Below, in pieces: positions 1-15,376 of a stretch of 64,000 nt of DNA (position 1 is the stretch's first letter; each line of letters starts with the position of its first letter). The notes beneath the pieces are model-generated. The model was not told the origin of the DNA. It did no database searches and saw only the letters and a list, made by a program, of their open reading frames with translations. The translations under genes were made by a program, and so were the position numbers. This stretch comes from the human T2T-CHM13v2.0 reference genome, Homo sapiens: assembly GCF_009914755.1 (NCBI RefSeq), contig NC_060947.1; one strand, given 5' to 3'.

Positions 1-319
1 AAAAATCATATATTTATTTCAATTGATGTTGAAAAGCCATTTTGATAAAATTCAGCATCCCTTTATGATAAAAACCTTCAAAATACTGGGTATAGAGGGA
101 ACATATCTCAACATAATAAAAACCATATATGACAGACCCACTGCCAGTATCATACTGAAAGATCTTCCCTGTAAGATGTGGAACACAGCAAGGATTCCCA
201 GTGTCAATGCTGTTATTCAACATAGTACTGGAAGTCCTAGCTAGAGCCATCTGACAATATAAATACATAAAGGGCATCCAAACTGGAAAGGAAGAAGTCA
301 GATTATCTTTGTTTTTTTT

Positions 320-1414
320 GGGTTGGGGTTATATCATTTATTTATTTATTTATTTTTCTTCATTTCTTCTAAACACAAAAATGGGATACATGTGCAGAAC
401 ATGCAGGTGTGTTACATAGGTATACGTGTGCCATGGTGGTTTGCTGCTCCTATTGACCCATCCTCTAAGTCCCTCCCCTCACCCCCCACCCCCCACCCCC
501 CAAAAGGCCCTGGTGTGTGTTGTTCCCCTCTCTGTGTCCATACGTTCTCGATGTTCAACTCCCACTTATGACTGAGAATATGTGGTGTTTGGTTTTCTGT
601 TCCTGTGTTAGTTTGCTGAGGATGATGGCTTCCAGCTTCATCCATGTCCCTGCAAAGGACATGATCTCATTCCTTTTTATGGCTGCATAGAATTCCATGG
701 TGTATATGTATCACATTTTCTTTGTCCAGTCTATCATTGTTGGGCATTTGGGTTGGTTCCATGTCTTTGCTATTGTAAATAGTGTCACAATCAACATACA
801 TGTGCACGTGTCTTTATATTCCCTTGGGTATATACCCAGTAATGGGATTTCTGGGTCAAATGGTATTTCTGGTTCTAGATCCTTAAGGAATCGCCATACT
901 ATCTTCCACAATGGTTGAATCAGCTTACACTCCCGCCAACAGTGTAAAAGCGTTCCTATTTCTCCACAGCCTCACCAGCATCTATTGTTTCCTGACTTTT
1001 TAATAATTGCCATTCTGACTGGCATAAGATGGTATCTCATTGTGGTTTTGATTTGCATTTCTCTGATGGTCAGTGATGTTGAGCCTTTTTTCATATGTTT
1101 CTTGGCCATGTAAATGTCTTCTTTTGAGAAGTGTCTGTTCATAAACTTTGCCCACTTTTTGATGTCTTTTTTTTCTTGTAAATTTGTTTAAGTTCCTTGT
1201 AAATTATGGATATTAGACTTTTGTCAGATGGGTAAATTGCAAAAATTTTCTCCCATTCTGTAGGTTGCCTGTTCACTCCGATGATAGTTTCTTTTGCTAT
1301 ACAGAAGCTCTTTAGTTTAATTAGATTCCATTTCTCAATTTTGGCTTTTGTTGCGATTGCTTTTGGAATTTTTGTCATGAAGTCTTTGCCTATGCCTATG
1401 TCCTGAATGGTTTT
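320..1414 (-). mobile_element. 5'-truncated L1PA inserted antisense into the older L1
   Basis: Reverse-strand L1 3' UTR and ORF2 C-terminus (EIPFDPEIPLLGIYP). Flanked by a ~26-bp duplication aggaagaagtca(g/a)attatctttgttt at ~289-314 and 1415-1440. Confidence 0.88.
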
Positions 1415-1618
1415 AGGAAGAAGTCAAATTATCTTTGTTTGCAGATGATATGGTCTTATACTTGGAAAACCTGAAAGATTCCACAACAAAACTATTAGAA
1501 CTGATAACAAATTTGGTAAAGTTGCAAGATACAAAATCAACATACAAAAAGCAGTAGCATACTGCATGTCTATATGCCAACAGTGAATGATCTGAAAAAG
1601 AAATGTAAAAAGTAATCC

Positions 1619-3187
1619 AACCCCATCAAGTTATCAATGACTTTCTTCACAGAATTGGAAAAAAACTACTTTAAAGTTCATATGAGACCAAGAAAGAGCC
1701 CGCATTGCCAAGTCAATCCTAAGCCAAAAGAACAAAGCTGGAGGCATCATGCTACCTGACTTCAAACTATACTAGAAGGCTACAGTAACCAAAACAGCAT
1801 GGTACTGGTACCAAAACAGAGATATAGACCAATGGAACAGAACAGAACAGAGCCCTCAGAAATAATACCACACATCTACAACCATCTGATCTTTGACAAA
1901 CCTGACAAAAACAAGAAATGGGGAAAGGATTCCCTATTTAATAAATGGTGCTGGGAAAACTGGCTAGCCATATGTAGAAAGCTGAAACTGGATCCCTTCC
2001 TTACATCTTATACAAAAATTAATTCAAGCTGGATTAAAGACTTAAATGTCAGACCTAAAACCATAAAAACCCTAGAAGAAAACCTGGGCAATGCCATTCA
2101 GGAGACATAGGCATGGGCAAGGACTTCATGTCTAAAACACCAAAAGCAATGGCAACAAAAACCAAAATTGAGAAATGGGATCTAGTTAAACTAAAGAACT
2201 TCTGCACAGCAAAAGAAACTACCATCAGAGTGAACAGGCAACCTACAGAATGGGAGAAAATTTTTGCAATCTACCCATCTGACAAAGGGCTAATATCCAG
2301 AATCTACAAAGAACTTAAACAAATTTATAAGAAAAAATCAAACAACCCCATCAAAAAGTGGGCGAAGCATATGAACAGACACTTCTCAAAAGAAGACATT
2401 TATGCTGCCAACAGACACATGAAAAAATGCTCATCATCACTGGCCATCAGAGAAATGAAAATCAAAACCACAATGAGATAACATCTCATGCCAGTTAGAA
2501 TGGCGATCATTAAAAAGTCAGGAAACAACAGGTGCTGGAGAGGATGTGGACAAATAGGAACACTTTTACACTGTTGGTGGGACTTTAAACTAGTTCAAAC
2601 ATTGTGGAAGACAGTGTGGCGATTCCTCAGGGATCTAGAACTAGAAATACCATTTGACCCAGCCATCCCATTACTGGGTATATACCCAAAGGATTTTAAA
2701 TCATGCTACTATAAAGACACATGCACACGTATTTTTATTGCAGCACTATTCACAACAGTAAAGACTTGGAACCAATCCAAATGTCCAACAATGATAGACT
2801 GGATTAAGAAAATGTGGCACATATACACCATGGAATACTATGCAGCCATAAAAAAGGATGAGTTCATATCCTTTGTAGGGCATGGATGAAGCTGGAAACC
2901 ATCATTCTGAGCAAACTATCACAAGGACAGAAGACCAAACACTGCATGTTCTCACTCATAGGTGGGAATTGAACAATGAGAACACATGGACACAGGATGG
3001 GGAATATCACACACTGGGGCCTGTCGTGCGGTTGGGGGATGGGGGAGAGATAACATTAGGAGATATACCTAATGTTAAATGACGAGTTAATGGGTGCAGC
3101 ACACCAACATGGCACATGTGTACATATGTAACAAACCTTCACATTGTGCACATGTATCCTGGAACTTAAAGTATAATAATAAAAAAA
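1619..3187 (+). mobile_element. 5'-truncated L1PA (ORF2 C-terminus, 3' UTR, A tail)
   Basis: ORFs 1799-2889 are L1 ORF2p C-terminal sequence; standard L1PA 3' UTR; TSD aaaaagtaatc on both sides. Confidence 0.9.
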
Positions 3188-5759
3188 GTAATCTCATTTA
3201 CAATAGCCACACATAAAATTAAATACCTGGAAATTAACCAAAGAAGGAAAAGATCTGTATAATGAAAACTACAAAACGCTGATGGAAGACATTGACGAGG
3301 ACACCAAAAAATGAAAGTTTCCATGTTCATGGATTGGAGGAATCAATATTGTAAAAATGTCCATACCACCCAAAGCAATCTAGAGATTCAATGCAATCCC
3401 TATCAAATTACCAATGACATTCTTCACAGAAGTAGAAAATCCTAAAATTCATGTGGATCCACAAAGTACATAGAGTATCTGAAGCTATCCTAAGCAAAAA
3501 GAATAAAACTGGAAGAATCACATTACCTAACTTCAAATTATCCTACAGAGCTATAGTAACCCAAACAGCATGGTACTGGCATAAAACCAGACACATGGAT
3601 CAATGGAATGGAATACAGAACCAATAAACAAGTCCACACACCTATGGTGAACTCATTTTTGACAAAGGTGACCAGGACATACTCTGAGGATAAGACCATC
3701 TCTTCAATAAATGGTGCTGGGAAAACTGGATATCCATATGCAGAAGAAAGAAACTAGACCCCCATATACATATCTTTCCATATACAAAAATCAAATCAAA
3801 ATGGATTAAATACATAAATCTAAGACCTCAAACTCTGAAAGTACTACAAGAAAACATTGAGGGAAAATCTCCAGGACATTGGTCTTGGCAAAAATTGCTT
3901 GAGCAATACCCCAAAAACATAGACAACCAGAGCATAAATGGACAAATGGGATCATATCAAGTTAAAAAGCTTCTACACAGCAAAGGAAACAGTCAACAAA
4001 GTGAAGAAACAATCCACAGAACGGGAGAAAATATTTGCAATCTACCCATCTGACAAGGGGTTAATCACCAGAAGATATAAGAAGCTCAAACAACTCTGCA
4101 GGAAAAAATTTAATAATCCAATAAAAAATGGGCACAAGATTTGAATAGACATTTTTCTAAAGATATATAAGTGGCAAACATGCATATGAAAAGGTGCCGA
4201 ACATCACTGATCATCAGATAATTCAAATAAAAACTACAATGAGGCATCATCTTAACCCAGTTAAAATGGCTTATATCCAAGAGACAGGCAATAACAAATG
4301 CTGGTGAAGATGTGGAGAAAAGGACACCCTGTACCATGTTTGTGGGAATTTAAATTAGTACAGCCGCTATCGAGAACAATTTAGAGGTTCCTCAAAAAAC
4401 TGAAAATTGAGTTTCCATATGACCCAGCAATCTCACTGCTGGGTATGTATCCCAAAGAAAGGAAATCAGTATATTGAAGAGATATTCCTGTTTGTTGCAG
4501 CACTGTTTACAATAGCTAAGATTTGGAAGCAACCTCACTGTCCATCAACAGATGAATGGGTGAATAAAATGTAGTACATATACACAATGGAATACTATTC
4601 AGCCATAAAAAGTATGAGAACCTGTCATTTGCAACAACATGGATGGAACTGGACATTGTTAAATGAAATAAGCCAAACATCACATGTTCTCAGTTATTTG
4701 TGGGATCTAAAAGTTAAAACAATTGAACTCATGAACATAAAAAGCAGAAGGATGGTTACCAGTGGCTGAGAAGGGTAATGGGGGGTGCCGAGGAGGGGCA
4801 GGAATTGTTAATAAGTAAAAAAAAACGTAGTTAGAAAGAATGAATATAAGACCTAGTATTCGATAGCACAACAGGGTGACTATAGCCAATAATAACTTAA
4901 TTGTACATTTGTAAATAACTTAAAGAGTATAATTTGTTTGTAACTCAAAAGGATAAATGCTTGAGAGGATGGAATAAATAAATAAATAGGTTTTGTGAAA
5001 GTTCCCTCCTAAATATTGCAAGTCTATACCTAAGAATTATATCAATATACTCATAAAAAACAGAGATCGAAATATAAACGGGCCAAACCTTTAGTGAGTC
5101 TGTGCTAATGATTTTGTTTATAGAATAGCAGATCTGTGGGGAATCATTTTTGACCTTTCTGGAATATGATTAGTCATTCCTACTCCCAAACATGTTTTTC
5201 AAGTGCCTAACTTAAATTGAAGCTCAGAGAGAAACTTTATTGTCCCCAGGTTATACAGGTCAATTATTAAATACTTACAGTTTTTTATTCTCTTTGGTCT
5301 CAAAAGATCCCAGGAAACTTGGGTTTTTAATGAAATTATTAGGTTTCTTTTCATCTGAAGACTATCAGTTTCCTTTAATGACATCATGATCTTAGTTTGC
5401 CTTTCTTAATTTTGGACATCGTGGAAATGAAACAGGGCTTTGCTTTTCCCATGATCCAGCCTCTCAGTTTGAATTTTTCCAGGCATCCATGACCAAGCCT
5501 AGCATTTCAGAGTCTGGTCAAGAGAACTTCATAGTCTCTTCCATCTGTCTGTTACTTCCAGTTCTCTCTGACACCCTCCTAGTCCCTAGTGTCACATTTG
5601 GATTCCAATACAGATCCTGTGTCTGGTCACCTTTTCTGCCCACCCTTCCAGCTTCACACTAACTTTTTAAATGAGCACATTACAGTCATTAAGACTACCA
5701 GAGACAATTCAGTTCAACTTTCTCTCATTTTTTCCTGCTCATAAATTCTCAGCGACTCC

Positions 5760-6160
5760 AGTCTTAGCCTGCTTTGTGCTGCTATAGCAGAATACCTTAG
5801 ACTGGGTAATTTATAAAGAGTGGAAATTCATTTCTTACAGTTCTGGAGTCTGGGAAGTCCAAGATTAAGGCACTGGAAGATTTGGTGTTTGGTAAGGGCT
5901 CAATCTCTGCTTCCAAGAGGGTGCTTTGAATGCTGCATCCTCCAAATGGGATGAACAATACTCCTCTCACGGCAGAAGAGCAGAATAGAGCAAACCCACT
6001 CCCATAAGCCCTTTTTATTTTGAACATAATCCATTCCTGAGGACACAGCCCTCATAACCTAAGCACCTCCTATTAGGCCCCACCTCCCAACTCTATTGCA
6101 TTGGGGATTAAGTTTCAACATGAGTTCTGGAAGGGACAAAAATAGTCAAACCATAGCAAC
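5760..6160. mobile_element. MaLR (MST/MLT1-like) solo LTR
   Basis: gtcttag..gctgctata..actgggtaatttataaag start and ggccccacctcccaa..attaagtttcaacatgag..aaccatagca end are typical of MST-type LTRs. Confidence 0.75.
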
Positions 6161-6314
6161 CCGTTTCCAAACAGGTCAAGACTACAACCCTCTTTGTCAG
6201 TCTTCCAGGTCTACCCTATCCTCCCTTTGCATATTCTGTTATACACTCAGATGGGCTGTTCTCTCTACAGAAAATCCATTTTTGCTCCCTGTTTCCTTGT
6301 TTCCGCCCTCCCTC

Positions 6315-6315
<1 letters not shown>

Positions 6316-6368
<53 letters not shown>
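6316..6368 (+). repeat. (CA)n microsatellite, ~26 units
   Basis: Direct reading. Confidence 0.95.
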
Positions 6369-6370
<2 letters not shown>

Positions 6371-6680
6371 GGAGCTCCTCCTGGAAACTCTTACTGCTCT
6401 TAGAGTTTGGCCACAAATTATCTAACCTTTGAGCCCAATCACACCAAGCCTCTTCCTACCTTTTTCCTTCCGTTAGAATGGACATAGTCCTCTTTTCCCT
6501 TATGATACTAGTACTTATCAGGTCAGGTGAAGTTGTGATTTGATCATAGTTAGTGGTTTAGTGGCCAGCAGGAGAGATGGGGACAGAAGCTAGGGGAGCA
6601 AACTTGTCTTGTAAGGCAGATGACAAAATACTAACCTCATATAAGAAGTGAATGCTAGTCCTTAATTGGGAGAAACGGGT

Positions 6681-6860
6681 TGGGTTGCCAGTTTAGCAAA
6701 AAGATAAAAGAAATACAAAGATACTCAGTTAAATTTAATTTCAGATAATGAATTTTTAAAGTATAAGTTTGACTAAAGTATTACATGTAACATTACAATT
6801 AGCTCTTTATCTGAAACGCACTTTTAACTGGGCATTCTGTATCTTATTTGACAATCCTAG
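6681..6860. mobile_element. MER53-like palindromic hAT MITE
   Basis: gggttgccagtttagcaaa..cagttaaattt..ttcagataa at the left end mirrored by ttatctgaa..tttaactgggcat..tgacaatcct at the right end. Confidence 0.65.
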
Positions 6861-8379
6861 AGCTCAGAGGGTTCAGGTGAATGTGGGATGAAGATGAAGA
6901 GATGAAAGTCTCTTTATATGTTACCAAGGATGCCTTCTTTCATATTTTGCCCTAAATCGTCATTCATTTTCTCAGCTTTTTTCTTTCTATAATGCATCAA
7001 TGGCATCTAAAAAGTCAGCAAATTCTATATAATTGCCATTTCCCCTAATCTTCTCAATTACTTGAGATATTACACTTGCATGTACATTCATTTCTACTAG
7101 TATCACTTGGAAGTTTAAACAACTGTACTGCCATAGCATGCCAGGGACTACCTATTATCAGTATTTTATCTATTACCAATGACAGAATCCTCATTGCCTG
7201 CTCTGAAAATCCCATTTTGGGGTCTGTTCCCTAGGATCACTTCTGTTATCCCCCGTTTTAGTTAAGGTTCTATGGGAAAATGACTATGAGATAAAAATTC
7301 GATTGTAGACAATTTATAGGGGTATGCTCAAAAGAACCTTTGTGAATTGGTGAGGGAGGAAAGAATAGCAGAGAAAGAATTGAACTGATACAGTCACAAC
7401 GAAGGCCTCAGCTGATCCTGTGGTGAGTTTGGTAACTGAGATGACCTTTCAAAGTTGCCCAAAATTGAACCAGGAGGTCTGGCTTTTGTCTACCTACATC
7501 ATTCCATCAGTGGATGCGGGCTGCATAACCTTAGAAGAGGCAGTTGCCTTCAGATAAGGGCAATTCTCCAGAATTTGGAGAAGTCAGTGCCCCTGACCTG
7601 AGAAGGTATGGCAAGGGGTGGGGAGTGGTTCCGGGCAGCAAAACACAGCCTCCATTTCAACAAATGTAATTGTATCTCTGTTGGCTATCTTTTATCTATT
7701 ACTTTTATCGATCTTTAGTATATATATTTTTAAAATTGTTTATCTTCATTTCTCTCGTTACCAGTTTCTAGTGTCGTGTATTCCTTCCAAGTTAATCTTC
7801 ATTTGTTTTTTTTTATTATTATTTCCTTAGTCCTGTCAGTTTTTGTTTCATAGCCTTCTGTTATTTCCGTGTTCTTTTTCTGATTTATACTGTTTCAAAG
7901 GTTTAAATGTTTTCTTTCAGCTCATTTAGAAATACTAGGTCAGAGTTTTTATCTGCTTTGTGTATGCATGTTTCTGTGCGTTCACATCCTATTGGTCTTG
8001 TCTCTCAAGGTGTTACACTCACCTTTTGATGTTTATTTTGCTATCATACTTTCTGGGATTTGATTTCTCTGGATTCTTCCTCCATCTGCTACTATCTGAA
8101 CTTTCCTTTTCCCTTACCCACAATCTCTCTTCCCTGTTCAATTTGATTTCTGAAATAAGCAGTTTTCTTTCTGTATGTGGAATTTTTTCTTCTGGAAGAA
8201 AACATATGGTGGATAGTTGTGAAATCCTTAAGGGACAAGTTCACCACAGCTCTCTCTGATCTCTTGATGATTCTGTGCAGTTTTCTTATCTGTAATTCAG
8301 AACCTGTGATCACTTCTTCCAATGTTTCAATTGCTCTCAAACCTATTTTCCCAGTTTGGTCAAGAAATAATGATATCTC

Positions 8380-8925
8380 AGAGTAGGGTGATGACAGTAA
8401 AGATGAAGAGAACTGAACATTAAGAGAAACATTTTGGTGATATAATCAAGGGGAATTGCTTATGGTCTAATGTAGGAGAGAAGAGATGCTCAAAAATGGT
8501 TTTTGGCTTAGGCAATTAGATGGTTTTACAGAAATAAGGGAAACTAGATGAACAATTGGTAATGACAGAAGGCAGCATTCTATTTGGCTATATTAAGTTT
8601 GCAGCGCCTATTAGATAACCATGTATATATATCAAATAAATAAATCTTTGAACTGAGAGAAAATGGTCTGCTTAGATGTCCTTCGGGAAGCCTTTTCTGA
8701 ATGCCCTCTTCCCATCCCATTAAGCTCACTACCTTTGCTACCCACAGCGTCCTTCATCACTTTGATTGAAGCCTTTATAAAACTTATTTTGTAACTGTCT
8801 ATTTATTGGTCCATTTCCTCTGTTGGACTGTGAGCTTTTTGAAAAACAATGTGTGTTCATTCTTTTTTCAGGTTCCTTCCTGGCACAATGCTGACAGTCA
8901 GCTCTTATTTGTTCAATGCATGCAC
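8380..8925. mobile_element. L2 fragments
   Basis: L2 3'-end motifs (ggactgtgagctt..cctggcaca..tatttgttcaatg) and an antisense purine-rich L2-like tract. Confidence 0.5.
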
Positions 8926-10244
8926 ACAAGACAGTAAATTCTATTTTTCTACAGCTCCAGTTTTTGAAAACTATTTTCCAGATTTGCCCAGTACTTGCCT
9001 CCCTGTATCTTCTACCCAGTTCAGGATTTATCTCTGAAGTTAGATACTTTTAACTTATTCCAAATATTCTCTTATATATTTGACTTAGACCATATGTGAT
9101 TTTCATGTCTGGGTGAGCATATTAGTCTTTCAAACCAAGCACGTAATAAAATCCTCAACACTGTTTTCACATATAATATCTTAAATTATGCTTCCTCAAA
9201 TATGTTTTTGTATTGAAATACCCAAATGTAGGATTTACTATTTATATCATTAAATTTCATCTTAGTGAGTTCAACACTTAATTCCAGAAGTGGAGATAAT
9301 TTGGGATCCTACACATAAACATCTTGACTTACATATACTCTTACCTCTAAATGCTCAGAGGCAGAAGTTGGGAGCATAACAAATGTGCCAAAGTTGGGCT
9401 CCAGACCCTTTCCCCACCTTCAACCAGAACATTATGTATTTAGGTTAATGTAAAATTTGTTTTATGGTGAGGTTAACGTAAAATTTATTTTTGGCAAAAA
9501 ATTGTCTTAAAATTTTTGAAAACCACTTTTCTAGAGCAAGTCACTGGTGCATGTCCCAAGACCGTAATCAATACTACATCCTTTTTGGTCTACTCAACAC
9601 ATCACCAATTTAAATGGTTTTGGTTTTTAAAGTTTGCATGACTTATCCACTATAGATTAAATATGGGTGGATAATTTTTATGAATCATTGTATCTATTTT
9701 TAAAAGATGAGAGTAATTTTGTATCTTAGGGAATATTTTTATAATATATAGTTTTGAGTCCTCTCCAACTTTAAATACAAGCTTCTATGAAAGAATTCGT
9801 CAATTTAACAGATGCTGGCAATTCAATTGATCTTATCTTGCACTTTGTGAAAAGGTGCTGCAGTTCTTGGTGTGCTCAAAAAAGATAACTGACCAATTTG
9901 TGCTTGGTGATTCGCAGTCTATGTATTCTACTCTAGTTCTTCTTTCCCCTCTCCTTTCACCAATACACCAAATGTATTTAAAATGGGGGATGATATTGTA
10001 GCATAAAATAATCTTACAACAACAGTCTCATGGAAGAAAAGTGGATTTGGGAAGCATCTAATTCCATTTAGGACTATTTACTCAACTAGGTATAAACCCA
10101 ATCAATCATATTATGCTTCAGCTTACATTTACTATTTTATTTAAATTGCAAAGAACAGCTATTAAATGCCTTGCCCAAATGCAGACATGTCACCTATTAA
10201 ATGCTTTGCCTAAATGTAGATATGTCACCATCTAAATTTATTTT

Positions 10245-10375
10245 GTTATCTTTAAAAAATAGAGACAGGATCTCACTATGTTGCCCAGGCAGTTCTTGAA
10301 CTCATGGACTCAAGTGATTCTCCTGCCCCAGCCACCCAAAGTGCTGGGATTACAGGCATGAGCCACTGTGTGGAG
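10245..10375 (-). mobile_element. Alu monomer (FLAM/AluJ-like)
   Basis: gagacaggatctcactatgttgcccagg..caaagtgctgggattacaggcatgagcc. Confidence 0.85.
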
Positions 10376-10840
10376 CATACATTTGTTTTTTGATAGGATT
10401 AACACATGAAGAGAACACAAAGCCTACTTTTCATATTCCTAGTGATTCCAAGTTGGATTCTAATGGTATTCTCACAAGGTCACAGAGCAACTTGATGGTG
10501 CAACTGAGACCAGAATCCTGGAATTTAGATTCACAGGCCATTATTACACTGTCTACTATCCCATTGTGATCCTCAAATACTTAGTGGTACTGCTCATAAA
10601 TAAAGGGAGCACCAGCGTAAAAAATTTGTCAAAATCAAACAATTCAAAGGTAACACCCTCTGGTCCTCTACCACTTACCAATTCTTCCTTCTTCGGTTTC
10701 AACCATTTAATTGGTCATATTTTCCTAACCTTAAACTGAGTTTGAGACTCAGTATCAGCCTCTGTGAGATAAGATATAGAAAATATAAAATTATTACAAC
10801 TTCATAGTGTGATCTCCTCAGAGGTATTAAGTGCCAACTG

Positions 10841-11016
10841 TTTAATTATTGCCCCTCCAACTCCCAAAATAATAATTTTGGATGGGAAATGATCATTTAC
10901 ATAAAACAATATGTAGAAATTAAAACACTTTAATATAAACATTTCCAGAATATAGACTGACCTTATATCAGTACTTTTTGAGACCGTTTTAAAACTATAT
11001 ATCATCTAAGTTTATT
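10841..11016 (-). terminator. Candidate ZMAT1 polyadenylation signals (AATAAA at 11011-11016; ATTAAA at 10929-10934 and 10841-10846)
   Basis: Hexamers on the minus strand about 1.1-1.3 kb past the stop in AT-rich UTR-like sequence; the site actually used cannot be determined. Confidence 0.4.
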
Positions 11017-11514
11017 ATAGACTGTTTCATTTTCCACTTTCAGAACTAGAAAATGCAAAAATACACTGCAAATTAGATTTAACAAAGAAAAAATCAGTTT
11101 AAGTTATTTCATACATATTCCTTGGAGAAAGCTGAGACACATAAACACAGAAAAACAACAATAAAATACCACCAACACTAACACAAAACCAAGGAAAGAA
11201 CTGATTTTGTAACGCTTGGTAATTCTGTCCTTTAAAATAAATTATCTCCCATGAATAAATAATTCACTATCACAGCAATTTGATGAGCAGAAGTAGAGAC
11301 AACTTCATTTAGGGAAATTACATTATATGTGAGATATGTGAGAAACATTTAATAATTTTTTTTCTTTTTTAAGAAAATGAAGGAAAGTAACTTGAGGAAA
11401 AGGCATACTGAATACTTTTACTTCACTTGGCTTTTTTAGAGATTAAAGTAGCCATCCACCTAGAAAAATTACAATAACATGAATTTTATAAAACCAAACT
11501 TTTTTTCCTTCAAC

Positions 11515-13482
<1,968 letters not shown>

Positions 13483-14007
13483 TTATTCTAAATATTTTAT
13501 TTGTTCTTAAAAGTATTAGTCTGAAAAAACAAAAACAACAAATTTAAAAACCCAAACAGATTTTAAAAACCTACTTTATTATAAAAGCTATAAATTGTGA
13601 ATTTTTATGTCAAAAAAGCACATTGGACAGTGAGAACCTACCTCATTATAAAGCCATAAATCATGACTTTCTATGCCCCCCAAAAAGGAGCATGGAAAAT
13701 GATATATCTCCTAGGCACCTCACAATTTTTATGCAAAAAAGAAAAGGAAATTTCCTTTGGCCCGGGATGAAAGGGAAGACGGGTATAAAGTAGCAGATAT
13801 ATCTGATGTTGTTGTAGCACTAAAAATGTTAAGGCATGTTGGAATGTATGGGTGGGGACTAATAATATTTAATGTCCTGACAGATGCTCTGATTTGAATG
13901 TCATATCATTTTTAAAGTTTTCATTAGTTCCTTATATACATCTTATAAATGTGATATGTGTTTATTCTGTAATCTTGAGATTTTTAAAAATCTAAATTAT
14001 AAATCTA

Positions 14008-14170
14008 GCCAGGTGTGGTGTGTGTGCCTGTATTCCCAGCTACTGAGGCTGAAGCAGGAGGATCTCTTGAGCCCAGGAGTTAGAGGCTGTACTGCACTAT
14101 GACGGAACCTGTGAATAGCCACTGGACTCCACCCTGGGCCAGAGAGCAAGAACCCATCTCTGAAAAAAAG
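14008..14170 (+). mobile_element. Alu monomer (FLAM/FRAM-like)
   Basis: agccaggtgtggtg..cccagctactgaggctgaagcaggagg..A tail. Confidence 0.8.
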
Positions 14171-14289
14171 GAATGTAAATGTAGGTTAATTGGGTAAGTC
14201 AGACAATTTAGCTTCTAAGTATTCGGATACAAATAATAGAAATATTTTCTACTAGAATAAAACAATGTAACAGAAAGAATATGTCTTGA

Positions 14290-14592
14290 TTTTATTTTAT
14301 TCATTTTATTTTATTTATTTTCTTGAGACAGGGTCTCACTCTGTTGCCCAGGTTAGAGTGCAGTGGTGTGATCATGGTTCACTGCAGCCTCAACACCCTG
14401 GACTCAAGCGATCCTCCTACCTTAGCTACCCAAGTAGCTGTGACCATGGGTACATGCCACTAAACCTGGCTAATTTTTCTTTTTTCTCAGGTAGAGATAA
14501 GGTCTCACTACGTTGCCCAGGCTTGACCTCAAACTCCTTGGCTCTTCCTCCCACAGTGCTGGGATTACAGGCATAAGCCACCAGGCCTGGCT
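14290..14592 (-). mobile_element. AluJ
   Basis: Diverged antisense Alu dimer with T-rich tail. Confidence 0.88.
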
Positions 14593-15253
14593 CTATGTCT
14601 TGACTTTAAAAGCATCAATACAAAGATAAATAGTCAAATACCCTTTGCTACCTGAACTAACCAATCTCCAACTGTCCATTCAATTCTCCTCTCCTTGAAA
14701 TAACAGAATAAAATGGACTAAATATTTATTGAACTCCTACTATGTGCCAGGGCAGGCACCTTACACATATTATATTTCATCATAACAATCTTATGTAAGA
14801 ACTGACCAAAGTTATACACTTGGTAGAAAAATGGATCTGGTATTCTAATCCAGGTCCATCTAATAGCAAGACCTCTGTTCTTAACCACTATACATCACTG
14901 GAAAAATGGTGACTGGGTCACTGAATCCCTGGAACCAAGCAAACCTTCCAGAAATTCTCTGCATTTGTATGGTTAGTGTGAGAGTGATCCTTTAGCATCT
15001 CTCCAAAGAACACTGCTCTCTAGTCAGGAGGGGTGCCAGTTAGCCAGGTTTGCCAGTACACTATCATTACTAGAACTAAAACTAGAACCCCTGAGGGACA
15101 CTAGTATGCAATATGTTACAAATATTGCCAACCATACCCAGGTTAAACCCATAGGGACATGAATGCCTAAGAAGTTTGTAAAATACATCAAAGAGTGCTT
15201 GACTAGAAGCTCTGGTCTTTGGTATCATAGGAAAATTTTGGCAAAAATACTTA

Positions 15254-15376
<123 letters not shown>

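Larger units (their letters stand above)
1..4975 (+). mobile_element. Old L1 (L1MA-like) ORF2/3' end, interrupted by two younger L1PA insertions
   Basis: L1 ORF2 remnants ([21 protein letters not shown]; [11 protein letters not shown]) in pieces 1-314, 1415-1618 and 3188-4975, with an L1MA-type 3' UTR. Confidence 0.85.
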
